Source: the human T2T-CHM13v2.0 reference genome, Homo sapiens
Direction: 5' to 3' (one strand)
Length of the DNA stretch: 64,000 nt
Assembly: GCF_009914755.1 (NCBI RefSeq)
Contig: NC_060933.1
Shown here piece after piece: positions 27,201 through 42,188 of the stretch. Within the stretch, counting starts at the first letter, position 1. The number at the start of each line of letters is the position of its first letter. The notes below the pieces were generated by a model that made no database searches, was not told the DNA's origin, and worked only from the letters and a program-made list of their open reading frames with translations. Position numbers and translations under genes: made by a program.

Positions 27201-28295
27201 GTTTTCTTTTTAAAAAAATCTATTGGTTATTAATTTGAAGGCTTCCTTTTCATAGCTGTGCTCCTTAATTGGGAGCAAACATGAATGGACCACAACTTAG
27301 CCAATTTTCTATATACGATCTTTGCCATCCTAATTTAAAGGAATATTAATTCTTTCTTTTCCTCTTTCATTCCACAAACCTGTATTGACTACATCTAAGT
27401 TCTAAATGGTGCACTGGATGTTGAAAAAGTTGATGATGAGCAAGAACAAAATTCCTGCTTTCAGGAGACTTACAGTTCAATATGGGAAATATAATTTGTT
27501 AAAATATAAAAGTGCAATTGTGTTACATGCTGTATGAAGTACATGTTGACATGTGAGCATATAATAAATGGGCTGGAGGCCAGAGGATTGCCAAAGAGAA
27601 TGGGCCTCCTGCTGAGATGAAAAGTTGAGCAGGGATTAGTTGGCGAAAGTGGAGGGACGATCCTTTCTAGGCAGGACGAAGAACATGTACAGAATCTCTG
27701 AGGTGTGATGCGACAAAGTCTATATAAAAAACTGAAGAAAGGTCTAATGTGGCTTAAATACAGAAGCTAGTAGGAGAGGAGTCGAAAAGAGGCTGGAGAA
27801 GTAGAAAGTGTCTGCATTCTGCAGGAACTTATATTGTATAAAATATATTGTATATTGTATAAAAAGAATTTCTCTTTATTCTAAGTGCAATGTGAAGCCA
27901 ATGAAGTGCTTTAAACAGGTGATGTGATTTGATTGAATTTATTACTTCACTTAACAAATATTCATTACATGCCCACTGTTTGTCAGATATTGCTGTAGCC
28001 CCTGGTGATACAGTAGGGAATAAAACAGGCAAAAATCCCTGTCCTCTTGCAGCTTATAATGGACTGCAATGTTTAATATGTCAGAGGAGGTCCACGGAGG
28101 AGTGACTTCTAAGCAAGAATCTGAAAAAAATGAGGATATCTAAGGAGGGAACAAATGGTTCAAAAGCCCTATAATTGCAAGCAGGCATGATGAAGCAATT
28201 GCAGTTGTCCTGACTCTCAACACCGTGGAACTCAAAGGAGATGGAAAGATTCCTTCTCTCCCTCATATATTTTCTCTCTTTCTGTCTATATATAT

Positions 28296-28395
28296 AGAAT
28301 ATGAGACATTTCCCTAATCATTATGTGTAATTACAATTACATATATATATGTAATTGTAATTACACATAATGATTAGGGAAATGTCTCATATTCT
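28296..28395. repeat. Perfect 100-bp AT-rich palindrome without spacer
   Basis: All 50 pairs checked by hand; centre (AT)5 at 28341-28350. Confidence 0.97.
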
Positions 28396-30201
28396 TCTAC
28401 TCAGAAATAAGCAATATAGCAATTACTGTTTTTTACATTTTACAGTTACAGTTTCAGAGAAAGTTTGATATTTATCTAAAATTTTTCAATGTATGAACTT
28501 TTTCATTTGACAAACCATAATTGTACATATTCTTGGGATACAGAGTGATATTTTCTTTACATGTATAGAATGTGTAGTGATCAAATCAGGGTAATTTCCA
28601 CTAATTTAAAATGCCACCTTTATGTTATTGTAATTTATATATATACTATATATATACACACACACATATATATATATACATGTCCACATACAGTGTGTGT
28701 GTGCACATGTACACACATGCATATGTGTATATAATGCCCAGTATAAGCAATGTGCACAAATAAAATTAGCTAACAGAGATAGTATAGAGTGAGAGGAGAG
28801 GCAGATTAATCTTTGAGGAAAAGCACAATTTTATAGCTGAATGGAGAAAGCTGAGGTGGTTTCTAAGATGGAGAATAAGATGAAAAATGTAAGTATGTTG
28901 TTTGACTGAATTCAAGAAAGAAGGGTAAAAGAGAAGAAAGTAGTGGTCTTATCATTAAATGCCACAGAGAGGTAAAGATAAAGACAACATATTGTTTTGG
29001 GTTTAGTAATTTAAGGGTTACCAAATTCCGTTTTGGAGGAGGAACAGATTCCATGTCCACTAGAATGGAATGAACAAGAAATGGAGGAGGAAAATAGGTA
29101 GTTTTTCAAAAGTTTTCAAAAATATGAAAAGAAGAAATGAAGTGGTACTTGGAAGAGATTGTTGAAATGGGAGAGACTATGGTGGCTTGTTTAGAAGCAG
29201 TTGAGATAGATCCAATTGAGATAGAGATATTGACTATATAAACAAAAGAATGACAAATTAATAGTGTAATGGATAACTTGACTTTGGCAAATATTGTGAA
29301 TTTTTGTGAAAGTACAACTAAAAGGCAATGTCACTCCAATAATCACCAGAGTAATCAATTTGCTTATTGCTGTCCCTTTAAATATAGTTCTCTGGTATCA
29401 ACTAACATGTTTTTAACTAATGATGCTTCTTAAAGAAAAGGGAAAAGACCTTTTTCTTTCTTTCAGTCTTCAATGATTCACTGCTTCATCTCGCTCCACC
29501 AAAGATAAATGAAATCTACATCTCTTATACATTAACAATGCATGACAATTTACAAATAGCTAAATTTTTGGAGCTAACTTTAAGTACCTGAATGGAATTT
29601 AATCAACCCACTAATCTCCTTCTCACTTCTCAGTTATTTATCAAGTTTATGTCAAGGGACAAGGAAAAATTATCCAAACATTGTTTAAAACAATCAATAT
29701 TAATTAGTAACACTTATCCAGGGGGGTTTTTAACCTTTCCCCCACTCAAGGATTATTCTAATGTCAGAGTAGAATAAAAAATAAGTGCAGCGATGCTGAC
29801 TCTTCCAAGCTTAACATTTCTCACAAGTCAATTAGCTTTGTACTGGGAGGAGGGCGTGAAGGGCTGCTTGCGGTAGTTGTGTAGCAGCAGCACAATGGCC
29901 GCAGACAAGGAAAACAGTTTCTAGGAATTCCTCGTATATAATTTTATATTTTTGACAAGATTAATGACCCATGCTCCCTTCCTCTCCATTTCTTTTTTTG
30001 GAATTCTGTTGGTATGTAGTTACTATATTTTATTAAAGGAAATTAGCCTTATCTCTTATTATATTTTATTAAAGAAAATTATTATATTATTCCTTTATAT
30101 TTTTATTAAAGGATTTTATTATTATTAAAGGAAATTAGCCTTATCTCTTATTATATTTTTTATGACCTTCAAAGTAGTGTCTCTGCTTAAAAGTGTACCC
30201 T

Positions 30202-30495
30202 GGCCGGGCGTGGTGGCTCACACCTGTAATTCCAGCACTTTGGGAGGCCGAGGCGGGTGGATCACGAGGTCAGGAGATCGAGACCATCCTGGCTAACACG
30301 GTGAAACCCCGTCTGTACTAAAAATACAAAAAATTAGCAGGGCATAGTGGCGGGCGCCTGTAGTCCCAGCTACTCAGGAGGCTCAGGCAGGAGAATGGCG
30401 TGAACCCGGGAGACGGAGCTTGCGGTGAGCTGAGATCGCACCGCTGCACTCCAGCCTGGGCGACAGAGCAAGACTCCGTCTCAAAAAAAAAAAAA
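30202..30495 (+). mobile_element. AluY
   Basis: Y diagnostics (gagatcgagaccatcctggctaacacgg, gaatggcgtgaacccggga), CpG-rich; TSD aaaagt(g/a)taccct. Confidence 0.92.
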
Positions 30496-30628
30496 GTATA
30501 CCCTGAGGCACACATCAAGCGACATGTAGAGTTCATAAATTCTGGCCAAATGGTCATACCTCAAACCTCATCAGCAGTAAGGCTCTTTACTTGCACTGAC
30601 AAATATGAACGCTGGGGAATTTGGAAAT

Positions 30629-30790
30629 GATATATAATATATAATATTATATATATAATAAATATATAATATATATAATACATATATAATATTATATATG
30701 TAATAGATATACAATATATAATATATAATAGATATATAATATTATATATAATAGATATATAATATTATATATAATAGATATATAATATAT
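30629..30790. repeat. AT-rich low-complexity tandem repeat (~23-bp atagatatataatattatatata units)
   Basis: Direct reading. Confidence 0.85.
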
Positions 30791-31814
30791 AACTTTCCAT
30801 GTGATTTTCCTCTTAATTTTTTTCTAGCTGATCCATATGAATTCCTCTTATTAAGAAAAATAAAGCATCCAGGATTCAATGAAGAACTGACTATCACCTT
30901 GTTAATCATTCAGAAACATGTTGCAGGCTTAAGCCATTTTTGATATAGATACTGAAACAATTACTTGCTAAGAGCAAACTTGAAGGTATGGATAAGGCCC
31001 TGAGTCATCTTCCTGAGCTGAATGATAGTTAAGCTGAATGTACGTATAAAATATGATTTTCTAACCACTTGCTCGCCAACAAGGAAAAGTTTTAAGTAGA
31101 GCAGAACCTGAATAGACAAGACATTTCTTTCTTTTGGTAGAAAATGATTTACCATCACTGTGTAGTTAATTGTAGACTAGGTAATTTTAACTTTGTGATT
31201 TATTGCCGGAGACATTTTCTTCTGTACTGTAAAGTGTGTGTCAAAAAAAAATAGCGATTTTGGAGGATTAGGGGACTTTGATAAATTGCCTGCAATTCTG
31301 GCAGTATGAACTGCATATTAATTTCTCTCTTTCAAGAACATTTTTATTTATTAATTCCTTACAAAAACTCCCTAAACTTTGGAACAGCTCTCAATTGCCT
31401 GTATTCTTTTTTTTCTTATTATGGTACTCTTCTAGAGATTTGGCTTGCATCTGTGAATAAGCCAGGACATCTTCAGAAATTGTCTGATTAAAAACACCAC
31501 CAATGGAGTTTCATTAAATTTGTATTGCTCTGACTAGTGAAACACACACATCTATGTTGCTGAGGATATTTTACTGCAGTTCGAGTTGTAATAATAGCTC
31601 TGTTTAAGATCCGTCAGTCACTTGAATCTTCTCTAAGGCTTTGTATGTTAGAAGTTAATTTGCTTTCTTACAAGGCCACATTCTATCTTGTAACTAAACA
31701 ACTGAATTTTATGTCTTAGCGTAGATGGTTTATTACTTTCTGGTTTTTCTTTAGTAAGAATCCTATAAAAACACTAGTATTTTTCTCTGAGTTTAAAATT
31801 CAATACATGCCTAC

Positions 31815-32195
31815 TGATATGGTTAGGCTTTGTATCCCCACCTGAATCTCGTCTTGAATTGTAATCCCCATAGCCCCCATAATCCCCACAGGTCAAGGGA
31901 GAGACCAGGTGGAGGTAATTGAATCATGGGGGCAGTTTCCCCTGTGCTGTTCTTGTGATAGTGAGTTCTCACGAGATTTGATGGTTTTATAAGGGATTCT
32001 TTCCCCTTTGCTCGGCACTTCTTCATGCTGCCTTGCGAAGAAGCTGGCTTGCTTCCTCTTTGTCTTCCGCCATGATTGTAGATTTCCTGAGGCCTCCCAA
32101 GCTGTGCTGAACTGTGAGCCAATTAAACTTCTTTCCTTTATAAATTACCCAGTCTTGGGCAGTTCTTTATAGCAGTATGAAAACAGAAAAATACA
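31815..32195 (+). mobile_element. MaLR solo LTR (THE1D/MSTA-like)
   Basis: tgatatggtt ... aataca termini with 5-bp TSD CCTAC at 31810-31814 and 32196-32200. Confidence 0.9.
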
Positions 32196-32499
32196 CCTAC
32201 TATGTAAAACTTAAAATACAAAAAAACAAAACATTATCTCACTAACATAGGAGCTAATATTTTGGTGTACTTTGTTTAGTATTTTATATTAAAAATATGT
32301 ACATATATATTTATATATAATTAAGAACATGTATGTACAATCGTGCATACATCATGTACATACATCTACTTAAGAAAATAGCTATGTAATATACCATTAC
32401 TCAACTAGATTATAATTTTTTCTCCATTTCTTTATTGTAATTTATCATTTTCTACTTTTTTGTTTTCTCATTTTTATTGCATAATATTTAATTATGCAA

Positions 32500-34720
32500 A
32501 AAATACATTAAATACATTGAAAATATATAGTGTAGCTATAAGAATAAAGAACGATGGTAAAACAAATGCTAATACCCACTACCTGACTTAAAGAATATGA
32601 TATTATTTTTTTCCAATTGAAATTCCCTCAACTACTCAGAATTACTGCTATCCCTCTTATCCTTTCATTAATTTTCTTCTAGTTTTCTCACATGTGAATC
32701 TATTTCTAAATACATTTCTTTATTTTGCAAGTTTTTGGACTTCATATAAATGTAACCATATTGTATATATTCTTCTTCAGCTTCTTAGTTTTTCACTAAA
32801 CAATATGTTTTGCTGATACTTACATTCATATGTACAGTAATAGTTGATTTATTTTAATGGCTATATATTATTCCATTGTTAGAATACACCAGGATTTATT
32901 TTTACTTATTTTTTTTGCTGGAAAATTGGGTGTCTTTTTTATTTTTTGATATAACAAACAATGTTGTAATCATTTTGTATTTACTTCCTAGTCCACTCCT
33001 GTAAGTTTCTCTTGAGTACATACTAGCAATGAATATGCTGAGTCACTGCATATACATACTCACAACTTTATTCTATAATGTAATATTCTATAAAGTAGCT
33101 GTATCAGTTTATACTTTAACCAGTAATGGACAAGATTTTCTGTTACTTCCCATCTTTGTTAATTATTACTTTTAGACTCTAACTTTTATCAGGCTCATGG
33201 ATGTAAAAAGCATCTCAGGGTGGTTTTAATTTGCATTTATCTGCTCATCTATGAAGATGAGCTTCTTTTCATATAATTATGAGTCATTATTTTTGTTTTG
33301 CCTTCTTTTGTTTATGCATTTTGCTTGTTCTATGTCTTATTTTTCCTGTTGATTTTTGGGAGTTCATATATATTCTAAATGTATATTTATTCACTTATAT
33401 ATATGTTGTAAATATTACAGTTTATGATTTGTCACCTTATGATATCTTCCAAATAGAGAAGCTTTATATTTTGATGTAGTCATATGTTCATTTTTCCTCC
33501 TTAATGTTTGTTTTTCTTGGTCCTATGACCTACCAAAAGTAACAAAAATTCTCATTTATTTTTAATCCAAATGTTTTAAGTATTTTCCTGGAACTCACCT
33601 TGAATTGATTTCTATTGGAGATAGGTATCCAATCTAATTTGCCTCATATGGATAACCACTTGTTCTATTACTGCTGTAACAAATTTCTACAAACTAAGTG
33701 ACCTAAAATAACACAAACTTGTCATCTTACAGTGTACACAAGTCAGAAATCAGGCATGAATTTTAGTGAACTAAAATCAAGTTGTCGACAGGCATGTTTC
33801 TTTATGGTGGCTAGGGTAGAATCCATATCCTGGCCTTTTCTATCTTCTAGAGAACATCAGCATTCCTTTTCTCATTGCCTCTCCTCTCTCTTTTTAAAGC
33901 TGGCAATGTCACATTTCTCTGACCATTCTTTCATTGTCACATCTCTCTCTGGACTCAGCTAAGAAAGGTTCTCCATTTTTAAGAACTCATGTGATTAGAC
34001 TGGGCCCGTCTGGGTAACCCAGGAAGATCTCTCCATCTCGGTTTGCATCCTTAATCACATCTGATAAGCCTTTATTGCATTCAGTGTAACATATTCACAG
34101 GTTCCAGGGTTAGGCATGGGCATCTTTGAGGGCCATTATTCTCCCTACCACATTATTTGCCTAGCATCTTTCATTACATTGTCCATCTATTTACTTACTG
34201 ATTTCTAATGACATCCAAATCAGTTACAACATTTTATGTAAGCATTGTTTTTATTTTTATGTTATTCCACTAGTCTATTTTTCTACTCATGAATTATGGT
34301 ACATGAGTTTATTTTTGCAACTTTAAGCTCAATAACATGTTTTAAGATTTCCTCAACTTTCTTTTTGCGCTTCTTCAGAAGTTGACTCTTTTGGCCCTTT
34401 GGTCTTCTATACACATTTTAGAAATGCTTTGTTGAGGACTAAGAGGAATGCTAAGATTTTGATAGGAATTTCATTGAATTTTGAGTATATTGGCATGCTA
34501 CAATGGTTAGTGCTTTATACATGAAAATAATATATCCCTTCCTCTTTTCCTAGTATCATGAGATGTTTGTTAGCCAGACATGAATATTGAGTTGTATCAA
34601 ATGTGGTTTTCTGCATTATTGTGGTGGTGATGTGATTTAGCTCCTTTAATTAGTTAATGTAATGAATTACATTTGTAGATTGCTCTAACTATTGAAACAA
34701 GCTTGAATTTCTGGAATAAG
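32500..34720 (-). mobile_element. Old L1ME-type fragments interrupted by an MLT1 LTR (~33660-34150)
   Basis: tggttttaatttgcatt; MLT1 motifs ctgtaacaaatttctacaaact...atattcacaggttccagggttagg. Confidence 0.5.
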
Positions 34721-34724
34721 CCCA

Positions 34725-35380
34725 ATGTGATATTTATTCAACAAATATTCATTGAGTATACCTGGTATGTAACATGCTTTAAGAATACACCAGTGAACCA
34801 AACAGAAATATCTGACATTACAGAACTTAACATTCCAGTATTTGGAGACAGACGATAAAAAAGTGAACATGTATATTTACAGTTTGTCAAGGAATGATAA
34901 ATGAAGACTCTTAAAGTAGATGGGGAATTGGGAGTGAAGTCTGTAATTTAAATAGGGTGGGCAGGAAAGCTTCACAGAGAATGGGACATTTAAGAATAGA
35001 CTTGAAGGACAGGCAAGAGCAATCTCTATGTTTATATGGGAGAAAAGGTTCCAGGCAGATGCAGTAACAATGGCAAATATCCTGAAGTAGGATCATGCTG
35101 GAGTTTTTGTGGAGCAGCAAGGAGGCTAGTGTGACTGCCACAGAATCACCCAAGGGAAGATGAGAAGATCAGACCAGACCAGCAATTGGGCATCTAATGG
35201 GAAAAGTTTCTCAAGCCATCATAAAAATTTCACTTTTACTATAAATACTACGAGAAACCATGGGATGTTTTACAGTAAGAAAGGTGGCATAATATGTTAC
35301 ATGTTTTAAACAAACTCTATAGCTTCTGAGTTGAAATAGATTGTAGGGGCTCATGGCAGAAGCAGAGGGAACATTTAGGA
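34725..35380 (-). mobile_element. L2 fragment (similar L2 stretches at ~27360-28150, 39160-39720, 43090-43850, 57400-58250)
   Basis: ttattcaacaaatattcattgag (L2 3' end, antisense) and ggttccaggcaga...gagcagcaaggaggctagtgtgactg. Confidence 0.55.
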
Positions 35381-38300
35381 GACTACTGTAAAGAATATCA
35401 TGAAAAGAACAAACAACGCTATGTAACATGCTTAAATGGACTGAAGAAGATGTATAAAATCAAAATGATGTTACCTTCACACCTTGAATCAGTACGATAA
35501 ACCCCCCTCCCCAATCACAAAAGAAAAACTAAACACAAAAACCAGGCTTTGGTTGCTCAGACAATTTTACAGGTGAGTTCTAGCAAACATGCAAAGAACG
35601 TTTAATTGCACTGTTACAGAAATTCTTCTGGAGACAAGAAAATAAGACACATCACCCAACCAATTTCATAATAACAATGTCAATGTATAATAACAGAAAA
35701 AGTGGATCTCCAAAGAAATAAATTTATTTGGAAATAAACAAGGATTATAATCTGAGATATTTGTGCTATGATCAATCATAGGTGCATCCCAAGAGGTTGA
35801 GGTAAGGAAAATATGTAAAGACAAAAAGAAGTCCATGCAAGCTGTTTTGAAACAAACATCATTGGTCACAGGGTCTGATGCAGGAGCTGGTGTTAACTTA
35901 CTGGCAGAAACAGCCATTGCTAGGCAAGTGTTCTTGTGAGGGTGGCTTATCTGAAATGCTGCAGTCTTGAGGAATTTTTTATGATAGGTCCTATTATAGA
36001 GACACCTACAGGATGAGCTGGACAAACAGAGTGTGCTGGGTGGGCAGAAATTTCTTGTGAGTTTATAGAAAGTCCTTGTGATAGTGCTTATCGTGGACAG
36101 ACACACAAGATCCCCTTTTTCATGACCCGGCTCCACTTTGCTTTGGGTCTGATGTAAGTGACTTTGCCTTGTCATTGGCAACTTTCACTGTAGTATAATC
36201 TGCACATCAAAGTTACCTAACAATAGTACAAAGAAAGAAAATTAAAGGTATATCTCTTTCAAAAATATAAACCCCAAAATTGTTAGGAAATTGTAGTGAG
36301 TATAAAAGATAATTCATTATAATAAACATCTCAAGCTTCACAGAATTCTGACCTTTGCTACACTCTCATCCACAATCTTTTCTCCTAGTAAATGGCAGCT
36401 CCTTCTGTTAAGTTGCTGAGGCTTCTTATTGCTTTTTTCTTCAAATAACAGTCAGAACTGAACAACTGTAATCATCCTAGTCCATACAATTGTTATATTT
36501 TCATTTAAAGAAGATCAATGTGTGATTCTTTTTTTATATATTTCTGGACAATTCTTTATATTTTAATAGTAGTCAGAATTTGATCAGGAAAACAGAAGAC
36601 ATCCTATGTATTATAATGATAAAAGTTTAATATTAATTAGGGCCTTATGCTATTATTGGAAGAGCTTGGTGAATAGATATTAGAAAAGCAGCTAGACAAA
36701 AATCAGAAGAGGTCTGTTTTATATCAGAGATCTTAGCCTGACAGTCTAGAGTGTGGGCACAGAACCCAAGCTTATAGGAATTTCTGAAAGGTCTGTAAAT
36801 CTTATCCAGATGGACAGTGGGAGCTCATAAAGGATTCTGCAAGCCATCACATCTGTCAAACCTGCTATGTCTAATCCTTAAGCCTGCTTTATTTGAAGAC
36901 CTCCTCTTCACTCCTCATTTCCAGCTCTCATGAGTTTCTTTCATAGGCAAACCCAGACCTGGAACAATGTGCCTGAAGACTTCGGGTGACACAGTACCCA
37001 GACTTAAATAGGAGGGGAGCCATGGTGGAAGTGGCCATCCAGCACAATTTTCTTGGTCTTTACTCATAGTTTTGATTCCTTAAAAAAATTAACCACATTA
37101 AAATATGTGTTTCATAATCTACATCTAATAATACAAATATTTAAAGTCTTTTCAAGTTTGAATACGCTACCCATGTTGCTGCTACCCCCATTTTGTGTGT
37201 GTGATTTTTGTGTGTGTGTTAGAAGCTCATGACCTTTGAAACCTGCTCTTATGAGCTTGCTTTGATGATTTATTTGTCCAGAGAGGATTTTTTTTCCTAC
37301 CTAGCATTTTGGACTGCTATCAACCTGAGACCACTTTGAATTAAATTCTCAGCTTGCAAATTTGGAAGCCACACAGATTGTGTGAGTTCAGGCTGAAACC
37401 TGTTTGAGAGCTGGATTCTGGCTATAAACTCCACAGGGAACATTTTCTCTCTCCACTCAGAGCTGAGACCATAGGGAAATTTATTTGCTAGCTCACTTTG
37501 AAGGTTTATTTTATTTATTTTTTAAATTTCTAGTACACGTGCTCACTGAAGGTGTAATACTTATGTGAGAATCTCAAAATCAGTTGTGTTCTTTGTATGA
37601 CCCTGGTTTTGTTTCCTCCTGCTCTCTTACTTTCAGTGTGTCTCAGTATGTCTGCTCAATATGTCATCTTAAATTTCAACTGAGGGTGGATCTTCTTCCC
37701 AGCTCACTCACATGGTTCTTAGCTAGATTCAGTTTCTCTCCATTTGTAGGACTGAGGACCTCAGTTCTTCACTTAGGGTTGGCTACAGGTAATCATCAAT
37801 TTCTTGTAACAGGACTTACACTGGGCCACTGACAGCATGCCAGTTGGCTTCATTCAAATGAGAGGGCAAGAGAGAGAGAGAGAGGGAGAGGGCACAAGAA
37901 GAAATTCACAGTATCTTATAATCTAATCTCAGAAGTGGCATCTCATTTCTTTTGTTCTATTCTATTCAATAGAAACAAGTACCTGGGACCAGCTTACACT
38001 ATAGGAAAGAGATTATATAAGGGTATAAATACCAAGAGGTAGAGATCATCAAGAGCCATTCTGGTAGCAGCCACAATATCTTATCCAGAATATTTCTTAT
38101 TCAGGCCTTCAAATGTGCTGTCTTTTCTGGTCTAATGGAAATGAACCTTCCTTCCATAATATTTCTTCTCCTAAATTGTACTCTGGCTCTCTTATCATAT
38201 ACAAACGTCTATGTTAGGTATTTGTGTCTGTCTTGATTCTTGGTAGGCTTTTAAACTCTGTGAATGTTGGACTGTGATGTAGACATCATTTCACCGCACA

Positions 38301-40356
38301 CTCTGTAACCACCAAACCTTAGCAGCTTATTCAGTAAGCACATACTTGGCTCTTAATGAGTATTGCTTAAATTGATGAATTGAATTAGTATTTTACCTTC
38401 TCTGTTGCTTAGCTAAGCAGAAGAATTTGTCATTTTTTTAATTTAGTGACTGGTTCTATTAAAAGTTACCTTTGTCTATATCATTTTGTTATACTAAAGC
38501 ACAAATGTATAAGGTCAAAAAACATTCTCAAGATTTTGTTTAAACCACAGCCCTCAGTTGTGTATATTTATCTCTTGTTTTCATATGCAAGATTTCTCCT
38601 GAAATGGGCAACAATTACAAGAGTTTTTTTCCTCTTCTGAACTAAGAAAATAAATATTTAATTCACAAGTTTAGAAAAGTGAACCTGAGAAATCACAGGG
38701 CTAGGTGGGTTATGAGGCCCACTGGTACATGATAGTGTTGAATGTGGATTAGAATGAACTCCGTGGATTAGAATCTCAGACCATAGGCAAACATTTACTT
38801 GTTTTAGAATAAGCACATTTGAGTCTGCAATAAGTATTACTATTTTTAAGTTGAAAATGTAATTGGTTTCTAATAATAACCATATTGGCTAGCATTATTT
38901 CAATCGTGTTTAATGTTTTCCAATGTCATTTCATGTCAGATATCTCTCTTGATTCTTAGTAACAATTTGGACAAGACAGCAAATGCTATTGTCCACGTTT
39001 TCTAAAGAAGAATCTGAAGTGAAATGACATCAAGAGACCTATCAAGACCTGTATCCAGGAAAAGGTAAATCTGAGCTGAAATTGTAGCCCTTGTAAATTA
39101 CCTACGTGACATACCAGATAGTGTTCATGATCCATTTAGTACTCTGTTCTAAAAATGAGACAATATCCATTTATTCACTTGTTCATTTATTTAGTGTGTG
39201 TTCAGCCCTTACTGCATATTCCAGGCACTATTCTGACTGTGGCAGGAGTGAACAAACAGGCATGGTTCTTACTTGCATGTAATTACAGTCTTATAGTGAA
39301 AACAAGTGTTAAACAACAAAATCTCCCAATTATTTTAAAATTATAAACTTGATTCGATACTATGTGGCCATATAATTGTTCCTAATTTGGTTGGAGAAGG
39401 GAGGCAGTTAGGGAAGCCTTCCCTGAGTTAGTGCCATTTAACCTGAATTATGATAGATGATAAGTAATTTGTCAGGGGAAAAATACTCCAGGAATAAAGA
39501 ACAGGTACAAAGGTCAGGTTTTGGGAAGAGCTTGTCTTGGTCCAGGAGCTAAAAAATGTTAGAGTGGCTGGATCTGGGAAAGAGACAAAGAGTTATTAAA
39601 TGAGGCAGCAGGCTTCAGCAGGTGCCACATTGCTCAGGGCCTTGTAGGCCATGCTAAGGATTTGGGATGTTAATGTCAGTACAAACAATTGAGTCGTAAG
39701 CAGAAAGTAAAAGCATGATTCCATCAAATGTTATTCTCTAAACAGTAATTTTATAAATACAGGTTAAATGTGTGTGGTCCCAGCTACTCAGGAGGTCCCA
39801 GCTACTCAGTATTCCTTTTCAACAAATATTAGATGCCTACTATTAGCCAGGTACAGCCCTTAGCTACTTTGAATGAAGCATATATTACAAACTGGCAGAA
39901 TTTCTTAAACAAAGAATCTAAAGTTGTTTATACACCATAATCTCGGTATTTTATAAATTTCTTGAAATTATTTTTATGTACACTGCTTTGCAGAATTTTA
40001 ACTGGCTTTGAAATAAACAATGACAATAGTCCTCCATGTTACTAGTTTCAAATTTTCCCAATACCTACTAAGACATTACTTAATCCACAGATTTACTGTC
40101 AATAGTTTGTATCAAATTGTGATAACATATTTGAAATTAATATTTCAAATTAAAGCAAAATCACAAATTTATACTTTATATTATGAATGAGATTCACAAA
40201 AGGAGCATGATAATATATTCTGTTGTCATCGCATACAAAATAATAACATATAGAGTATGAATCAATAATTTTTCAAATACAAAGCTATTACAATTAGGAA
40301 TACAAAGAAATCATAATTAGGAATACTTCTACAATATTAACACACAATAGTGGTAA

Positions 40357-40686
<330 letters not shown>

Positions 40687-40829
40687 AGTGGTGGGTCTCA
40701 TATCTCAATGTGGACTTTTACTAACTCCCAATGCCTCAGTTTCCTCATCAGTTGAAAGGAATGAATGAAAGATATGTGTTTTTCATATTACCAGGTAGAT
40801 GATAAGGAGATTTTAATTTTCTTTTTTTT

Positions 40830-41680
40830 TTAACTTTTATTTTAAGTTTAGGGGCATTTGTTACATAGGTAGACTGGTGTCACAGGGGGTTATTGTACAG
40901 ATCATTTCATCACCCAGGTATTAAACCTAGTACCCAATAGTTATCTTTTCTGTTTCTCTTCCTTTTCTCACCCTCCACCCTCAAGTAGACCCCAGTGTCT
41001 GTTTTATTCTTTGTTTTCATGAGTTCTCATCATTTAGCTCCCACTTATAACTGAGAGTATGCTGTATTTGGTTTTCTGTTCCTGCATTAGTTTGCTAAGG
41101 ATAATAGAAGGTCCATCCATATTCCAGCAAAAGACATGATATCATTTTTTAATGGCGGCATAGTATTCTATGGTGTATATGTACCACATTTTCTTTATCC
41201 AATCTGTCATTGATGGGCATTTAGGTTGATCCCATACTTTTGCTATTGTGAACAGTGCTGCAATGAACATTTGTATGCATGTGTCTTTATGGTAGAATGG
41301 TTTATATTCATCTGGGTATATACCCAGTAGTGGGATTACTGGGTCGAATGGTAGCTCTGCTTTTAGCTCTTTGAGGAATCACTTTCCTTGCACAATGATT
41401 GAACTGATTTGCACACCCAACAACAGTGTATAAGCATTCCCTTTTCTCCATAGCCTCACTAGCATCTGTTATTTTTTGACTTTTTAATGATAGCTATTCT
41501 GACTGGTGTGAGATGGTATCTCATTATGGTTTTGATTTGCATTTCTCTAATGATCAGTGATGTTGAACTTTTTTTTTGTATGTTTGTTGGCTGCATGCAT
41601 GTATTCTTTTGAAAAGTGTCTGTTCATTCCCTTTGCCCAATTTTAATGGGGTTGATTGTTTTTCTTTTGTAAATTTCTTT
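40830..41680 (-). mobile_element. L1PA13-16-like 3' end
   Basis: aacttttattttaagtt...tcacccaggtattaa...catttagctcccacttata...ctgactggtgtgagatggtatctcatt. Confidence 0.85.
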
Positions 41681-42147
41681 ACATTTGAAATGTTTTTATT
41701 ATTAAGTTGAGCTGCCTCATTCTTAGTATGGTTTTTCACTTTAAAAAGCATAAAGGTGGACATGGTGGCATATGCTAGTAATCCCAACTACTGGGGAGAC
41801 TAATACAGGAGGGTTGCTTGAGCCCAGGAGTTCAAGGCTATAATGTGCTATGATCATGACTGTGAACAACCACTGTACTGCAGCCTGGGCAGAGTGACAT
41901 AGTGAAACCATATCTCTAAAAAAAGAGAAAATGTAATTTAAACATTTAAATACATATGTATATGTGTGTATATATGTATATATATTGCATATATCAAAAA
42001 TGGTTTGTAGTTTCCATTCACAGCACATAGTAAAATGTCTTAACCTCCTCCCTCCTCCCTATGTGTGTTTTTCTAAGTGTGTGTCTTTTTTACCTTAATT
42101 TTTCTCTTAGTGTCTCATAGTCTTCTTAGGTCTCCCTCTTTCTTCTG

Positions 42148-42152
<5 letters not shown>

Positions 42153-42186
<34 letters not shown>
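42153..42186 (+). repeat. (CA)n microsatellite
   Basis: Direct reading. Confidence 0.95.

Positions 42187-42188
<2 letters not shown>

Noticed and set aside
35666-36181. 171-aa minus-strand ORF
   Set aside because: No recognisable homology; coincides with an LTR-like stretch whose family I could not assign
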